Shown: positions 38,844 through 48,872 of the stretch, one piece after another
Layout of the letters: each line of letters starts with the position of its first letter
Position numbering within the stretch: the stretch's first letter is position 1
Origin: Candidatus Nomurabacteria bacterium
GTDB taxonomy: Bacteria; Patescibacteriota; Minisyncoccia; Phycocordibacterales; UBA9973
Length of the DNA: 64,000 nt
NCBI GenBank assembly: GCA_943356675.1
Contig: CALRFQ010000001.1
Span: 4,147-68,146, forward strand
Reading direction: 5' to 3'
The notes under the pieces: model-generated
Databases searched by the model: none
Seen by the model: only the letters and a program-made list of their open reading frames with translations
What the model was told of the DNA's origin: nothing
Program-made: the position numbers and the translations under genes

Positions 38844-40529
38844 CTATTTTGCGATATTCAATTCCACAAAGAATGTTGATCCGAGTCCGTCGCCCGGTGA
38901 TTCGATCCAAATTCTTCCACCGTGAGCGGCTGTAATCTCTTTACCTAGATATAATCCAAGTCCAGATCCAGTAGTATTGTATCTTCCGCCGTTCCCTCTT
39001 GAAAACTTTTGGAAAAGAGAATTTTTAATTTCTTCTGTCATACCAATACCAGTATCCTTCACTGCAAATAGCATCTTGTCGCCCACCTGCTTTACAGAAA
39101 CCCAAATATTACCTGCCTTTGTGTATTTAATGGAATTGTCTATTAGGTTGAGAACCACTTGTCTAAGTTTTTCTTTATCTCCCTTCACCATGTGATTACC
39201 TTCATCTTGAGTGTATTCCAATTTGATACCTTTCTTGTCTGCTGCCAAAGATAAATCTGTGGCAACTGATTTAGATATTTCAGCGAAATCAAAATTCACT
39301 TTCTCGTACTTCATTCCACCTGATTCAATCTTTGAAACGTTCAAGAAGTCTTCCACAACAATTGCTAGGTTCTTACTAGATTGATAAATGCGGTCTATAG
39401 CTTCCTTTGCTTGGTCTCCAATAGGACCGAAATCTCCATCTACTACCATAGATGCATAACCCTTAATTGCAGTAAGTGGGCTTCGTATTTGGTGTGTAGC
39501 AAGTGAAAGGAATTCAGTTTTAAGTTTATCGAGCTCTTTAAGCTTATCATTTGCAGCCTCGAGCTTCATATTTGTACTTTCAAGCCTAAGCTTGGAGTCG
39601 GCAAGATCCACAGAAAGCTTTTCAATATGGAGTCTCTGGTCAGTTTCCTTTTTGAAATTTCGGAAAATAATAACACTGAGACCAAGTGTTAATGCGACGG
39701 AAAGAATTGTCAGGAATCTATCTGACGCACTACTTATGAAGAATAACTGGCCACCGGACAATATAACAAGACCAACTACCAAATACTGTGTACCTAAAAT
39801 ATCAAAACGGAATATATCCAGCTCAAACACAGCATATATAATTGTGATCAAGAATATCGGAAGTATGAATAGACTATAAAGATTGTATTCATATACTCCT
39901 GTAATTGAAGAAATATATTCTGTTGCACCAAAAACTGTCAGGAATAATAAAATAGAACTTATAACAATAATATCAGCCTTTCGACTTGCGTAGTCTTGGA
40001 ATTTAAAGAATGATCTTATTAAGTAAAATACTATTGCAGAAACTATAACGCCTTCCACGATCAATTTATATGTATCGAGCCAAGAATTGTTACCCGCCTC
40101 ACACACGGATTGATTAAATCCTGTAACTGATTGGCCATTTACTGTCATAATGAATGGTATTAAAAGTATCGCTAGGAACAATAATTTTGTGTACCATTTT
40201 GCATCTCGTTCATGTACGAAAACTATAACGAAGTATAGGCCTAATATAAAGAATATGAGCTCTATATATACAAGTGTAGACCAAATAAAATAGATAAGAT
40301 TGTAATTATTTGAACCCCATGTGATTAAGTCCCCTAATAGCCACAATGAGAATGAAACCGTAAATGCTAAAAATATCTTCGAGAAAAGATTAAATTTTGC
40401 TTTAAAGAATACGAAGAATGATAAAGTAAGTGAAAGTAGGACTGGTATTATATGAGAATAACCAGCAATAACTCTAGTATCTAAAGTAAGCTCATAACAT
40501 GTATTCAAAATTGTATTTATTTCATTCAT
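38844..40529 (-). CDS. sensor histidine kinase with polytopic N-terminal membrane domain
   Basis: 561 aa; H-box ATHQIRSPLTAIKGY, N/G1/G2 boxes (DNSIKYT, DTGIGM, GSGLGL). Confidence 0.8.
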   Translation of the reverse strand: MNEINTILNTCYELTLDTRVIAGYSHIIPVLLSLTLSFFVFFKAKFNLFSKIFLAFTVSFSLWLLGDLITWGSNNYNLIYFIWSTLVYIELIFFILGLYFVIVFVHERDAKWYTKLLFLAILLIPFIMTVNGQSVTGFNQSVCEAGNNSWLDTYKLIVEGVIVSAIVFYLIRSFFKFQDYASRKADIIVISSILLFLTVFGATEYISSITGVYEYNLYSLFILPIFLITIIYAVFELDIFRFDILGTQYLVVGLVILSGGQLFFISSASDRFLTILSVALTLGLSVIIFRNFKKETDQRLHIEKLSVDLADSKLRLESTNMKLEAANDKLKELDKLKTEFLSLATHQIRSPLTAIKGYASMVVDGDFGPIGDQAKEAIDRIYQSSKNLAIVVEDFLNVSKIESGGMKYEKVNFDFAEISKSVATDLSLAADKKGIKLEYTQDEGNHMVKGDKEKLRQVVLNLIDNSIKYTKAGNIWVSVKQVGDKMLFAVKDTGIGMTEEIKNSLFQKFSRGNGGRYNTTGSGLGLYLGKEITAAHGGRIWIESPGDGLGSTFFVELNIAK

Positions 40530-40533
40530 ATTA

Positions 40534-41337
40534 TTAATTTGGGATTATTTTTTTAATTTCTTGATGGTAGGATATCCAGTGGCTATCAGTTTCCATATCC
40601 AGAGGGCCGATGGGGACAATTAAGGGTTTTAATCCGGTCATAGCAATAGCAAAATCTATCGATGGGAGAACAATATTTTGAGTAAATAGCGCATCGTCAT
40701 CATTTAGTAAAAAGTTTTCAAATAATACACCGTTGCAAATCAAGAGTAAAAAAAAGTTTTTATAATATTCCTTTGCGGTCCCACCGTTTCTGTGTAGCCA
40801 TTCTGACGCATCGTAAAAAGTTATATCATCAATATTATGTTTATGAACCTTAAATAATTTTCTATGGAAATCTTGTAATGGTTCATTCCATACAGTAAGC
40901 ACATCTCGCAATTTCTTGCCGTCGTGATTCGCGAAATCAACAATAGTAATTTTCTCTATAGGGTAACTATCGTTCTTATTTACTTCCCCATGAATTCGAA
41001 GTTGACCTAGTGAGTGCTTGAATTCATTGTTTGAGGTAAATTTATCATCTAGATATTCAAAAAATACAGGTTTTAAACCATTGTCTGTAGTGATAGAAAG
41101 AAAATGGCGCGCATCGTGGTTCGGTGTAGCAATTTGTCTGAATTGAATACCACAAATATTATCTTTAAGTACTTCGGGTATATCACCTTTAAGTAATTCC
41201 TCAATTTTTGCGACTATACTTGGATCGTTCCTTCTTTCCCTTATGATATTTAGAGCTTCTGAAAGTGGAGTGTAAACAATACTATTAAAAATATTACGAT
41301 CCGACATTATTATATTATAGTCACCGATGGAGCTCAT
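40534..41337 (-). CDS. hypothetical protein
   Basis: 267-aa soluble ORF; 4-nt gap to the kinase gene; no motif. Confidence 0.4.
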   Translation of the reverse strand: MSSIGDYNIIMSDRNIFNSIVYTPLSEALNIIRERRNDPSIVAKIEELLKGDIPEVLKDNICGIQFRQIATPNHDARHFLSITTDNGLKPVFFEYLDDKFTSNNEFKHSLGQLRIHGEVNKNDSYPIEKITIVDFANHDGKKLRDVLTVWNEPLQDFHRKLFKVHKHNIDDITFYDASEWLHRNGGTAKEYYKNFFLLLICNGVLFENFLLNDDDALFTQNIVLPSIDFAIAMTGLKPLIVPIGPLDMETDSHWISYHQEIKKIIPN

Positions 41338-41338
41338 A

Positions 41339-41779
41339 TTATTTTTTAGTATTTAATTTAGAACTCTTTAAAGTATCTTTAGTTGGTACTGTGACTATTG
41401 GCTCAGGTACAGGTGCTGGGATTTGTGCCAAGCATGATCCTTGATTGAAATCATCTTCTGTACATTCAGTCTTAATACAATTTATAGATTCACTCTTACA
41501 TACTTCTGTACAGTCGTCGTTCTTACAAGATGCGAAATCAGAAGCGTTTATTGTGTATTCATTATATAAAGAAAGATTGTTGGGTGGACATTCACCATCA
41601 ATACCACAATCCCTGTATCTACATGATTCCTGAGTGTTGTCACAGGAAGTCTCTACTACGAAATCATAATCTTTTTGAACGTAGAAAATATAATAAGAAA
41701 CATATATAACTGTAATACAACTTAAAATAATTACGTATAGGAAATAATTATGTCCTTTTTGTTCTTCTTCTTCTGGCAT
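41339..41779 (-). CDS. Cys-rich membrane-anchored protein
   Basis: 146 aa; N-terminal TM, about 18 Cys in the ectodomain, Pro-rich tail. Confidence 0.4.
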   Translation of the reverse strand: MPEEEEQKGHNYFLYVIILSCITVIYVSYYIFYVQKDYDFVVETSCDNTQESCRYRDCGIDGECPPNNLSLYNEYTINASDFASCKNDDCTEVCKSESINCIKTECTEDDFNQGSCLAQIPAPVPEPIVTVPTKDTLKSSKLNTKK

Positions 41780-41798
41780 ATAATTATTTTAGCATAAA

Positions 41799-42731
41799 TT
41801 ATTTAAAAAGTATCACACTACCCAGTATCATCACTCCGATTGCAATAATCTTTGGCACTAGCACCCTTATTGAAATATTCTCCTTCACGATATTCGGGAA
41901 GAATTTGGTACAGAAGAGTGTGATGAACAAGACGAGTGCTGGCTGGAAGCTACCTACAAGGTAGACCATGGTGACTGGCGCGATGACCAATGCGAAATTC
42001 GTGAGCAAGTTCCCTATTATTGTGGCAAATTCACTAAGAGTGTTTAGTACAAAGATCCGAACACCGCCATTTTTGTTCATAGCTGTGAATTCGCGGCGAT
42101 ATTTAGGCACAAAAATATAGATAAACAGTCCGATTATTCCGAGTCCAAAGTATTCCCAGAATGAAGACACCCAGAAATTCTCACCGATTGTTACGTATTT
42201 AAAGATTACTCCGCTAAGTGCGATCATCAAGCAAGCGGAAAGCATGTAAAGTACGGGCTTCCACTTGAAACTTCTTTTATTCGCAGTGAAATCTATGGAA
42301 ATAATTGCTACACCTAGTAATACAATGGCGGAACCAATCATTTGATTCATTGTGAGAGTTTCTCCTAGAAAAACAAACCCAAGAATATATCCAAAAATAG
42401 GAACAGTAAGGAACCATGGCACTACAGCCGAAACATCTTCGATTTCAAGAGTGAATAAATAGAGTATTATCCACGCTATGGACAGGCCTCCGGTAGAAAT
42501 TAGGAGTAATTTGTCTATAAATGAAATATCAAATACTCCTACAGTGAAGAATGGAATAATAAGTGCGACAAATACACCGATAAGACTAGAAAAAAGCACA
42601 AGGCCACCAGAGCCGTGCTCACCCTTCGAATAATGCTCAACTAAGTATTGATCTGATATGTTTACGAGAGCCCAGAGGAACGGTGCACCCAGTGCGATGA
42701 AAAACCATGTCATATTGCAATATGATAGCAT
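41799..42731 (-). CDS. EamA/DMT-superfamily transporter
   Basis: 310 aa, 10 TM helices, two EamA-like repeats. Confidence 0.65.
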   Translation of the reverse strand: MLSYCNMTWFFIALGAPFLWALVNISDQYLVEHYSKGEHGSGGLVLFSSLIGVFVALIIPFFTVGVFDISFIDKLLLISTGGLSIAWIILYLFTLEIEDVSAVVPWFLTVPIFGYILGFVFLGETLTMNQMIGSAIVLLGVAIISIDFTANKRSFKWKPVLYMLSACLMIALSGVIFKYVTIGENFWVSSFWEYFGLGIIGLFIYIFVPKYRREFTAMNKNGGVRIFVLNTLSEFATIIGNLLTNFALVIAPVTMVYLVGSFQPALVLFITLFCTKFFPNIVKENISIRVLVPKIIAIGVMILGSVILFK

Positions 42732-42770
42732 TTTCTGTACTATTACACCATATAATTAACATATAATTTT

Positions 42771-43661
42771 ATGGTAGATTCAATAATTAATACAAAGAAA
42801 ATTGAAGACGCAGATGTAGTGATACTCTCTGCAGCATATGAGAAGACTGCATCTTCTAGGAAAGGCACAGCGACTGGCCCAAAAGCAATTATTAAAATGC
42901 TCACCAGCAAGCTTGAGCTTTTCGATCGTAACTACAAGAAGAATGTATCAGAGTTTGTAAAAATTGCCGAGAAAGATTCTGGAAATATTAGCGTCCTAAC
43001 TCCAAAGAAAGCTCTAGATAAAATTACAGCGGAATCAAGAAAGATTTTAGAGAAAAATAAATTCGTTTTCCTTCTTGGTGGCGAGCACTCAGTATCTCTC
43101 GGATTGCTAACTGCACTTAAAGAAAATTGGGATCCAAAGGATGTGACAGTGTTACAAATAGACGCGCACTGCGACCTACGCAATGACGACTCTGATTATA
43201 ACGATGACCCTACAAATTTGGCCCATTCTTGCGTTCTAAGACGTGTAAACGAGCTTGGCTACCCTCTCGTACAAGTTGGAATTCGCACATACTACAAGGG
43301 AGAATATGAATACTTCTCAAATCCAAAGAATAATGTAAAAACATTTGAATGGGGCGCTGGTAAAAAGGTGCCATCGGTGGACGAAGTCTTGAAATCTATA
43401 AAGACAAAGAATGTATATATCACTATAGACGTGGACGGCTTCGACCCTGCCTATATGCCAGGCACTGGCACACCAGTGCAAGGAGGCCTAGAGTGGTGGT
43501 ACGGAGTAGAACTCATCGAGAAAGTAATAAAATCAAAGAACTTAATCGGCGCAGATATCGTAGAAGTGGCTCCACAAAAAGAATCAGTCCTTACTGAATA
43601 CGGCGCCGCTCAGCTTCTTTACACTATGATTGCTCACAAATTTCGAAATAAACTTAAATAG
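42771..43661 (+). CDS. speB: agmatinase (ureohydrolase family)
   Basis: 296 aa; GGEHS, DAHCD, IDVDGFDPAYMPGTGTP Mn-binding motifs. Confidence 0.8.
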   Translation: MVDSIINTKKIEDADVVILSAAYEKTASSRKGTATGPKAIIKMLTSKLELFDRNYKKNVSEFVKIAEKDSGNISVLTPKKALDKITAESRKILEKNKFVFLLGGEHSVSLGLLTALKENWDPKDVTVLQIDAHCDLRNDDSDYNDDPTNLAHSCVLRRVNELGYPLVQVGIRTYYKGEYEYFSNPKNNVKTFEWGAGKKVPSVDEVLKSIKTKNVYITIDVDGFDPAYMPGTGTPVQGGLEWWYGVELIEKVIKSKNLIGADIVEVAPQKESVLTEYGAAQLLYTMIAHKFRNKLK

Positions 43662-43667
43662 AAATAA

Positions 43668-43707
43668 TAAAATCCCACATGTCATACATGTGGGATTTTA
43701 TTATTTT
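43668..43707. terminator. bidirectional rho-independent terminator
   Basis: AAAATCCCACATGT-CATA-CATGTGGGATTTT perfect 11-bp stem. Confidence 0.7.
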
Positions 43708-43710
43708 ATA

Positions 43711-44730
43711 TTAAGCTGAGTATTTTTCGATTAGTTTATTTGCTTCTGCGGGATTTGCTTTCATTTCAAGTAGTGCTGTGAGCATAAGAGGCACAACGAT
43801 TGTGGCATCGGACTCCACGACGAACATTGGAGTGTCTTTTGTGAGCTTGTCCCAAGTGATCTTTTCATTTGGAGTAGCACCTGAGTATGATCCGTATGAA
43901 GTAGTTGAGTCTGAAATCTGACAGAAGTATGCCCAAGGCTTAACTTCTTGCTCCATATCGTATTTAAGTGATGGCACTACGCATATTGGGAAGTCTCCAG
44001 CGATACCTCCACCGATTTGGAAGAAGCCAATTCCCTCTCCCTCAGAAAGCTTTTGGTATTGGTCATAAAATTCTCCCATGTATTCGATACCACTCTTTGC
44101 GATAGAAGCTGATGCATCTCCATGCTTTACGTGAGATGCGAAAATGTTTCCAAATGTTGAGTCTTCATATCCTGGAACTACTATTGGTATGTTGTTCTCA
44201 GCTGCAGCAAGTAGCCAGCATTCTTCTGCTTTACCTTCATGCTTATCTTTATCGATAGCTTGAATCAAGTCATAGAAGTACTCATGCCAGAATTTGCGAG
44301 TGCCATTCTTTGTAGCTTCTTCCCAAACTGGCACAATGTGTTTCTCCACAGCGCGGAAAGCTTCATCTTCAGGGATACTTGTGTCTGTAACGCGGCGCAT
44401 ACGATTCTCGAGTATCTTTGTGTCATCCTCTTTTGTGAAGTATCTGTAATCTGGAAAATCTTTGTATGAATCATGAGCAACGAGGCGGAAAAGTGATTCC
44501 TCAAGGTTCGCACCTGTGACAGACATACCACTGATAAGTCCTGCGCGGATAGCTGGGGCAAGCACGATACCAAGCTGTGCAGAAGACATAGCTCCAGCTA
44601 CCGCCCAAAACATCTTGCCTCCTTTTTCTGCATGGCGCCAGTAAGCGATAAGCGCATCGCGAGTAGCACGAGCATTGAAGTTCTTGTAATTTTTTAATAT
44701 AAATTCTAATGTGTTTAAATTATTTTGCAT
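43711..44730 (-). CDS. deoxyhypusine synthase-like protein (possible homospermidine/spermidine-forming aminobutyl transferase)
   Basis: 339 aa; N-terminal Rossmann region MFWAVAGAMSSAQLG...MSVTGANLEESLF aligns with the DHS-family TSNLISSGLR...VTTAGGVEED. Confidence 0.65.
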   Translation of the reverse strand: MQNNLNTLEFILKNYKNFNARATRDALIAYWRHAEKGGKMFWAVAGAMSSAQLGIVLAPAIRAGLISGMSVTGANLEESLFRLVAHDSYKDFPDYRYFTKEDDTKILENRMRRVTDTSIPEDEAFRAVEKHIVPVWEEATKNGTRKFWHEYFYDLIQAIDKDKHEGKAEECWLLAAAENNIPIVVPGYEDSTFGNIFASHVKHGDASASIAKSGIEYMGEFYDQYQKLSEGEGIGFFQIGGGIAGDFPICVVPSLKYDMEQEVKPWAYFCQISDSTTSYGSYSGATPNEKITWDKLTKDTPMFVVESDATIVVPLMLTALLEMKANPAEANKLIEKYSA

Positions 44731-44833
44731 CCCGTGTGAAATTTATTAATTAAGTAATATTGTAATTATAGCGTAATTTAACTTTTTGTACATTCCAAAT
44801 AGATTTATAGTTATTATAAATTTCTATCGGGAT
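44729..44833. repeat. 105-bp intercistronic inverted-repeat element, degenerate family A copy 4 (decarboxylase / DHS-like)
   Basis: ATCCCGTGTGAAATTTAT (44729..44746) and ATAAATTTCTATCGGGAT (44816..44833). One arm starts with the AT of the DHS-like ATG and the other ends at the decarboxylase stop codon. Confidence 0.6.
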
Positions 44834-46212
44834 TACCAGCCGAAGTTCTTACCCACCTCATCTGGAGTTTCTCTCTTACGTGCTACTACGATGTGTCCAT
44901 TCTCAGCCACGATCTTAAGTGGTGAAGAAAGCATACAGTGGTGTGCAGCGAGTGGGTCTTGGTATGCACCAGTATCGAGCACAGCTATATACATAGGCTC
45001 TCCATCATTCATATCGTAGTCTGGAAGTGTTACAGAGCCATGCACTCCTGTATAAATATCATCAGAATCACAAGATGACCCTGCTAGCCAAACATCCTGT
45101 AATTTATCATCGCGCTTATTATTTAGTGGAATCACAGACCATTTCTGCCCGATAGCCCAAGTATCGAGAAGGTCATTCATGAAGCTACCATCTATCACAT
45201 ACCACTTCTTGGCGTCAGCCTTTTTGCTTGAGATAAGTTTACTATCAATAATTTTAAAGATTGTGATTTGCGCTGGTGCTACTATGTAGCGGCCCCACTC
45301 ACACACGAGGTTTGGATGTGGCATTCCGCGCTTCTCAGACTCCTTCACAATAAGTGTGAAAATCTTATCCATCAATTTATCCACTGGGTAGCTACGATTG
45401 CGAGTGTAAGGGATAGGCATTCCTCCACCAATGTCGAGAGTATCAAGAGATGGATTCTTTTCTTTCACCTTGAAGTACACATCGAGTGCGTATTTTATCG
45501 GGCCGATCACATCAGAAAGCTTCTCAATCTGAGAGCCTATGTGGTAGTGAATTATTTTCAAATTCTTAAAGCTTCCCATATCAATGATCTCCTTTGCAGA
45601 AAATCCGAAGCGGTCTATCGGCTTGTTCCAGTACGAAGCAGCCTTCACTGGCATGTCTAGGCGGATACCCACATCATACTTTGAGTGCTGAAGGAATTTG
45701 AGCTCATTTGGGCCTTCAATAAGTGGGAAGATTTTCACACCTTTGTGCTGTAGATCGTCGATGAGGTTTATGTATTTGTCTGTCTTAGGACCTGAGCAGA
45801 GTATGCGGATGTTTGGGTTGAAAGATTCTTGCTCAAGCATCTTCTTCACGAGCCAGAGGTCGTTGAAAGATGAAGTCTCGAGATGAGCACCTTCAGATAC
45901 CATAGCCATAACCACTTCTTTATTTTGGTTCACCTTCATTGGGTAGTGGTAGAAGAACTTACCTTTATAACCTACTTTCTTTGAAAGTTGGAATGACAAG
46001 TCTAGGAAGTCCTCAATTCTTTCCTCAATAATGAATGGAAAAAGGATCTCAAGAGATGTGCCCATCTTCTCAGCTAAATAACGAATGTTGTAAATATTAT
46101 TTCCTTCTTTTACTACAAGGTCACCGTCTTTATTAAAGTCGAAATATTGTGTATTCCAATCTTTAGATCCGAGCTTCCATAATTTTCGGGAAGCAGATAC
46201 ATTTTTGTGCAT
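44833..46212 (-). CDS. PLP-dependent Orn/Lys/Arg decarboxylase (fold III), likely arginine decarboxylase
   Basis: 459 aa; HIGSQ and GGG-loop motifs; neighbour of agmatinase. Confidence 0.65.
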   Translation of the reverse strand: MHKNVSASRKLWKLGSKDWNTQYFDFNKDGDLVVKEGNNIYNIRYLAEKMGTSLEILFPFIIEERIEDFLDLSFQLSKKVGYKGKFFYHYPMKVNQNKEVVMAMVSEGAHLETSSFNDLWLVKKMLEQESFNPNIRILCSGPKTDKYINLIDDLQHKGVKIFPLIEGPNELKFLQHSKYDVGIRLDMPVKAASYWNKPIDRFGFSAKEIIDMGSFKNLKIIHYHIGSQIEKLSDVIGPIKYALDVYFKVKEKNPSLDTLDIGGGMPIPYTRNRSYPVDKLMDKIFTLIVKESEKRGMPHPNLVCEWGRYIVAPAQITIFKIIDSKLISSKKADAKKWYVIDGSFMNDLLDTWAIGQKWSVIPLNNKRDDKLQDVWLAGSSCDSDDIYTGVHGSVTLPDYDMNDGEPMYIAVLDTGAYQDPLAAHHCMLSSPLKIVAENGHIVVARKRETPDEVGKNFGW

Positions 46213-46332
46213 TATTTATCACGCTGGAGCAGTACCTAGAACTTTTTAGGGCTCTCATTCCTGTTCATACGCACTAACGATTAATAAATTAATAATAGCA
46301 GAAATCCTTGAAAAGTAAATAGATTCGGCATG

Positions 46333-46370
46333 AAAAAAGCCGCGTTCCTTTTGGGAAGCACGGCTTTTCT
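46333..46370 (-). terminator. rho-independent terminator downstream of 46377..47348
   Basis: AAAAGCCGtGcTTCC-CAAAA-GGAAcGCGGCTTTTTT on minus strand. Confidence 0.5.
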
Positions 46371-46376
46371 AAGTTT

Positions 46377-47348
46377 TCAATCAATGAAGTTGTTAAATAC
46401 CCAAAATGATCTCTCATTATACGGACAAACCTTACAATTAACAGCTTGGATACTGTCACAAGTACAATCTCTTACCATGCTAGGAATAATTAAATACTCT
46501 TCCGGCATATCCTCAACCAACTTGGCTATATCCTTGTAAACAAGATCCATGAGCTTATTTTTCGTTACAGCAATAGGAAAGAAATTATTATTGCGACAAA
46601 ATTCGAGTCTCATGTGAACTAATGTGGATGCGATGTTGTACTCACGAAATTCATTATCAACATAAACTCCAAACAGTTCTACTAGTTGTCGTTGCTTAAA
46701 GTTTGCAATAGCACCACTCTCAACAACATGTTTTTTAATTCCACCGGCTCCAACGATCCTGTTGTTTACTAACGCAAACACTGCGCAGATTGAATCATTC
46801 TTTAGATCATTGGTACTTCTATTTAAAAGATTCACTTCAGTTTCAGTTCTTTTTGACCACCAGTATAGAATTTCTTCCAACCTAGCGTTTTGAGTTTTGA
46901 AATTTGTGTAAATAAGATACTGAACCTTATCGACATTTTTAGTGATAAATTTGCGTGGATTAATATTCACAGAAAATTTTAGAGCAAATTCTCGATTTCT
47001 CGAATGAAGAACTGTTACCACGAAATGCGGCTTAAAGAAGGATTGCGCACTACGAGTAATGTGATTAATGAATGCGTTTGAATCATAATATCTCGGGTCA
47101 GTTATGATATCAGGATAGAGCTTGGTAATAGGTAATTTCTCTATTTCAACATCCCATTTTTTAATCAAACCACGTCCATTACTGTACTTAGGGTTCATTA
47201 ACTCTTCTACAATCGATTCAGGTGTAAAATTTTTTTTCGCCTGTTCAAACGTTTCGAGCCAAATTTTTGACTCATTATTATTCTCATTTAGGTGTGAAGA
47301 AATTTCACTCAGAATAACATTTTTAGGGGCTAGTAATCTTGTTGGCAT
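46377..47348 (-). CDS. hypothetical protein with possible GNAT-like C-terminal half and Cys-rich tail
   Basis: 323 aa; IVGAGGIK ... ELFGVYVDNEFREYNIASTLV weakly GNAT motif-A-like; CTCDSIQAVNCKVCP tail. Confidence 0.4.
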   Translation of the reverse strand: MPTRLLAPKNVILSEISSHLNENNNESKIWLETFEQAKKNFTPESIVEELMNPKYSNGRGLIKKWDVEIEKLPITKLYPDIITDPRYYDSNAFINHITRSAQSFFKPHFVVTVLHSRNREFALKFSVNINPRKFITKNVDKVQYLIYTNFKTQNARLEEILYWWSKRTETEVNLLNRSTNDLKNDSICAVFALVNNRIVGAGGIKKHVVESGAIANFKQRQLVELFGVYVDNEFREYNIASTLVHMRLEFCRNNNFFPIAVTKNKLMDLVYKDIAKLVEDMPEEYLIIPSMVRDCTCDSIQAVNCKVCPYNERSFWVFNNFID

Positions 47349-47445
47349 AAATATATTGGTTTTTGATTTTAGAACTATAATATACTATTCTCACCAAAAC
47401 ACAATATGTGGATAAAGTAAAACACCCTTTCGGGTGCCTTATCTC

Positions 47446-47466
47446 CGCCTAGGTCGGACCTAGGCG
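47446..47466. repeat. GC-rich palindromic hairpin CGCCTAGGTC-G-GACCTAGGCG (family B copy 2) right after the dnaJ stop
   Basis: Perfect 10-bp arms; followed on the minus strand by a GCACCC-GAAA-GGGTG-TTTT terminator (47411..47436). Confidence 0.7.
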
Positions 47467-47467
47467 C

Positions 47468-48586
47468 TTATATTCCCTCTTTTTTAAGATCTTCGAGGAG
47501 TTCTTTTGATTTCTTTGAGAGCTTCGTTGGCATCTTTATTTGGATGCGGAGAATGATGTCGCCACGGCGAGACATACTGCCACCTTGAGGCACGCCTTTG
47601 CCTCGCACACGTAGGAGCTCACCATGATTCACACCTTCAGGGATTGTGACGTCCATATCACCATCAAGAGTCTTCAGTTTATATTCAAAACCGAGGATTG
47701 CATCTGTGAGCTTGATCGGCAAATCCATAATCAAGTTTGAACCATCGCGTCTGTAAATTGAATGCGGCTTCACATTTACTTTTATGTATAGGTCGCCAGT
47801 TTGGCCATGAGAGATTGCTTCACCTTTGCCAGTCATTCTTATCATCTCGCCATTATTTATGCCTGCTGGGATTGCGATGCTAATGTCTTCCTGCTTATTG
47901 TGCACGCCTTTGCCTTTACACTCACTGCATTTCTCATTTGGAATTTTCCCTGCGCCGTGACAATGCTCACACACACGAGCAGTTTCGAACGTGCCGAGGA
48001 TTGAACGCTTCATCTCACGCACCTGGCCTTTTCCATTACAAGTTTTGCAAGTGTCCATCTTGGTGCCAGCTTTCGCTCCGCTACCACTACAAGTATCGCA
48101 TGTGGACTGCTTACTAATGAGCACAGAGCGCTTCACGCCGAAAATTGACTCCTCAAAGGAAATATCTATCTCTGTAGAAATATCGCGTCCACGGGCCTGC
48201 TGGCTTCTTCCACGGCCACCCATGCCTCCACCTCCGAAAAATTCTCCGAAGATATCGCCAATGTCGCCCATATCAAACTCCACTCCGCCTCCTTGCTGGA
48301 AGCCAGAGAAATCAAATCCTCCGAAGCCTCCTGCACCTTGATTGAATCCGCCGTATCCTTGACCTCCGCCCATATTTGGGCCGGCACTTCCGAATCTATC
48401 GTACTGAGCACGCTTGCCATCGTCCGATAGGGTCTGATAAGCCTCGTTCACTTCTTTGAACTTCGAATCATCACCCTTATTTTTATCAGGATGGTATTTA
48501 TGCGCGAGTTTATGATAGGCCTTTTTCATTTCGTCCTTACTCGCACCTTTATTTACACCCAATATTTCGTAGTAATCTTTTGCCAT
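47468..48586 (-). CDS. dnaJ: chaperone DnaJ
   Basis: 372 aa; J domain with HPD, G/F-rich linker, four CxxCxGxG repeats. Confidence 0.9.
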   Translation of the reverse strand: MAKDYYEILGVNKGASKDEMKKAYHKLAHKYHPDKNKGDDSKFKEVNEAYQTLSDDGKRAQYDRFGSAGPNMGGGQGYGGFNQGAGGFGGFDFSGFQQGGGVEFDMGDIGDIFGEFFGGGGMGGRGRSQQARGRDISTEIDISFEESIFGVKRSVLISKQSTCDTCSGSGAKAGTKMDTCKTCNGKGQVREMKRSILGTFETARVCEHCHGAGKIPNEKCSECKGKGVHNKQEDISIAIPAGINNGEMIRMTGKGEAISHGQTGDLYIKVNVKPHSIYRRDGSNLIMDLPIKLTDAILGFEYKLKTLDGDMDVTIPEGVNHGELLRVRGKGVPQGGSMSRRGDIILRIQIKMPTKLSKKSKELLEDLKKEGI

Positions 48587-48828
48587 ATTTTAATTATACT
48601 TATTTATACTTAAATTGACAAATTATTATTTTAATGTTAATTTTAATATAAAATTAATTTTATATTTTTATGTGGTTTAAAACAAAATCCCCGAAAAAGT
48701 CTTCTCCGGAATCCTATGATTTAGTAGAGTACGGAATGGTTAAGCTTGAAATAATAGTTACCCTTGCTTTGATATTAATTTTAGGATCTGCATTCGGAAT
48801 CTATGTTCATTTCAATCCTTAAGTACAA

Positions 48829-48869
48829 TAAAAGCGGTCTCTGTCTGAAAACAGTACCGCTTTTATTTT
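48829..48869 (-). terminator. rho-independent terminator downstream of dnaK
   Basis: GCGGTaCTG-TTTTCAGA-CAGaGACCGC then TTTTATT (minus strand). Confidence 0.45.
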
Positions 48870-48872
48870 TAC

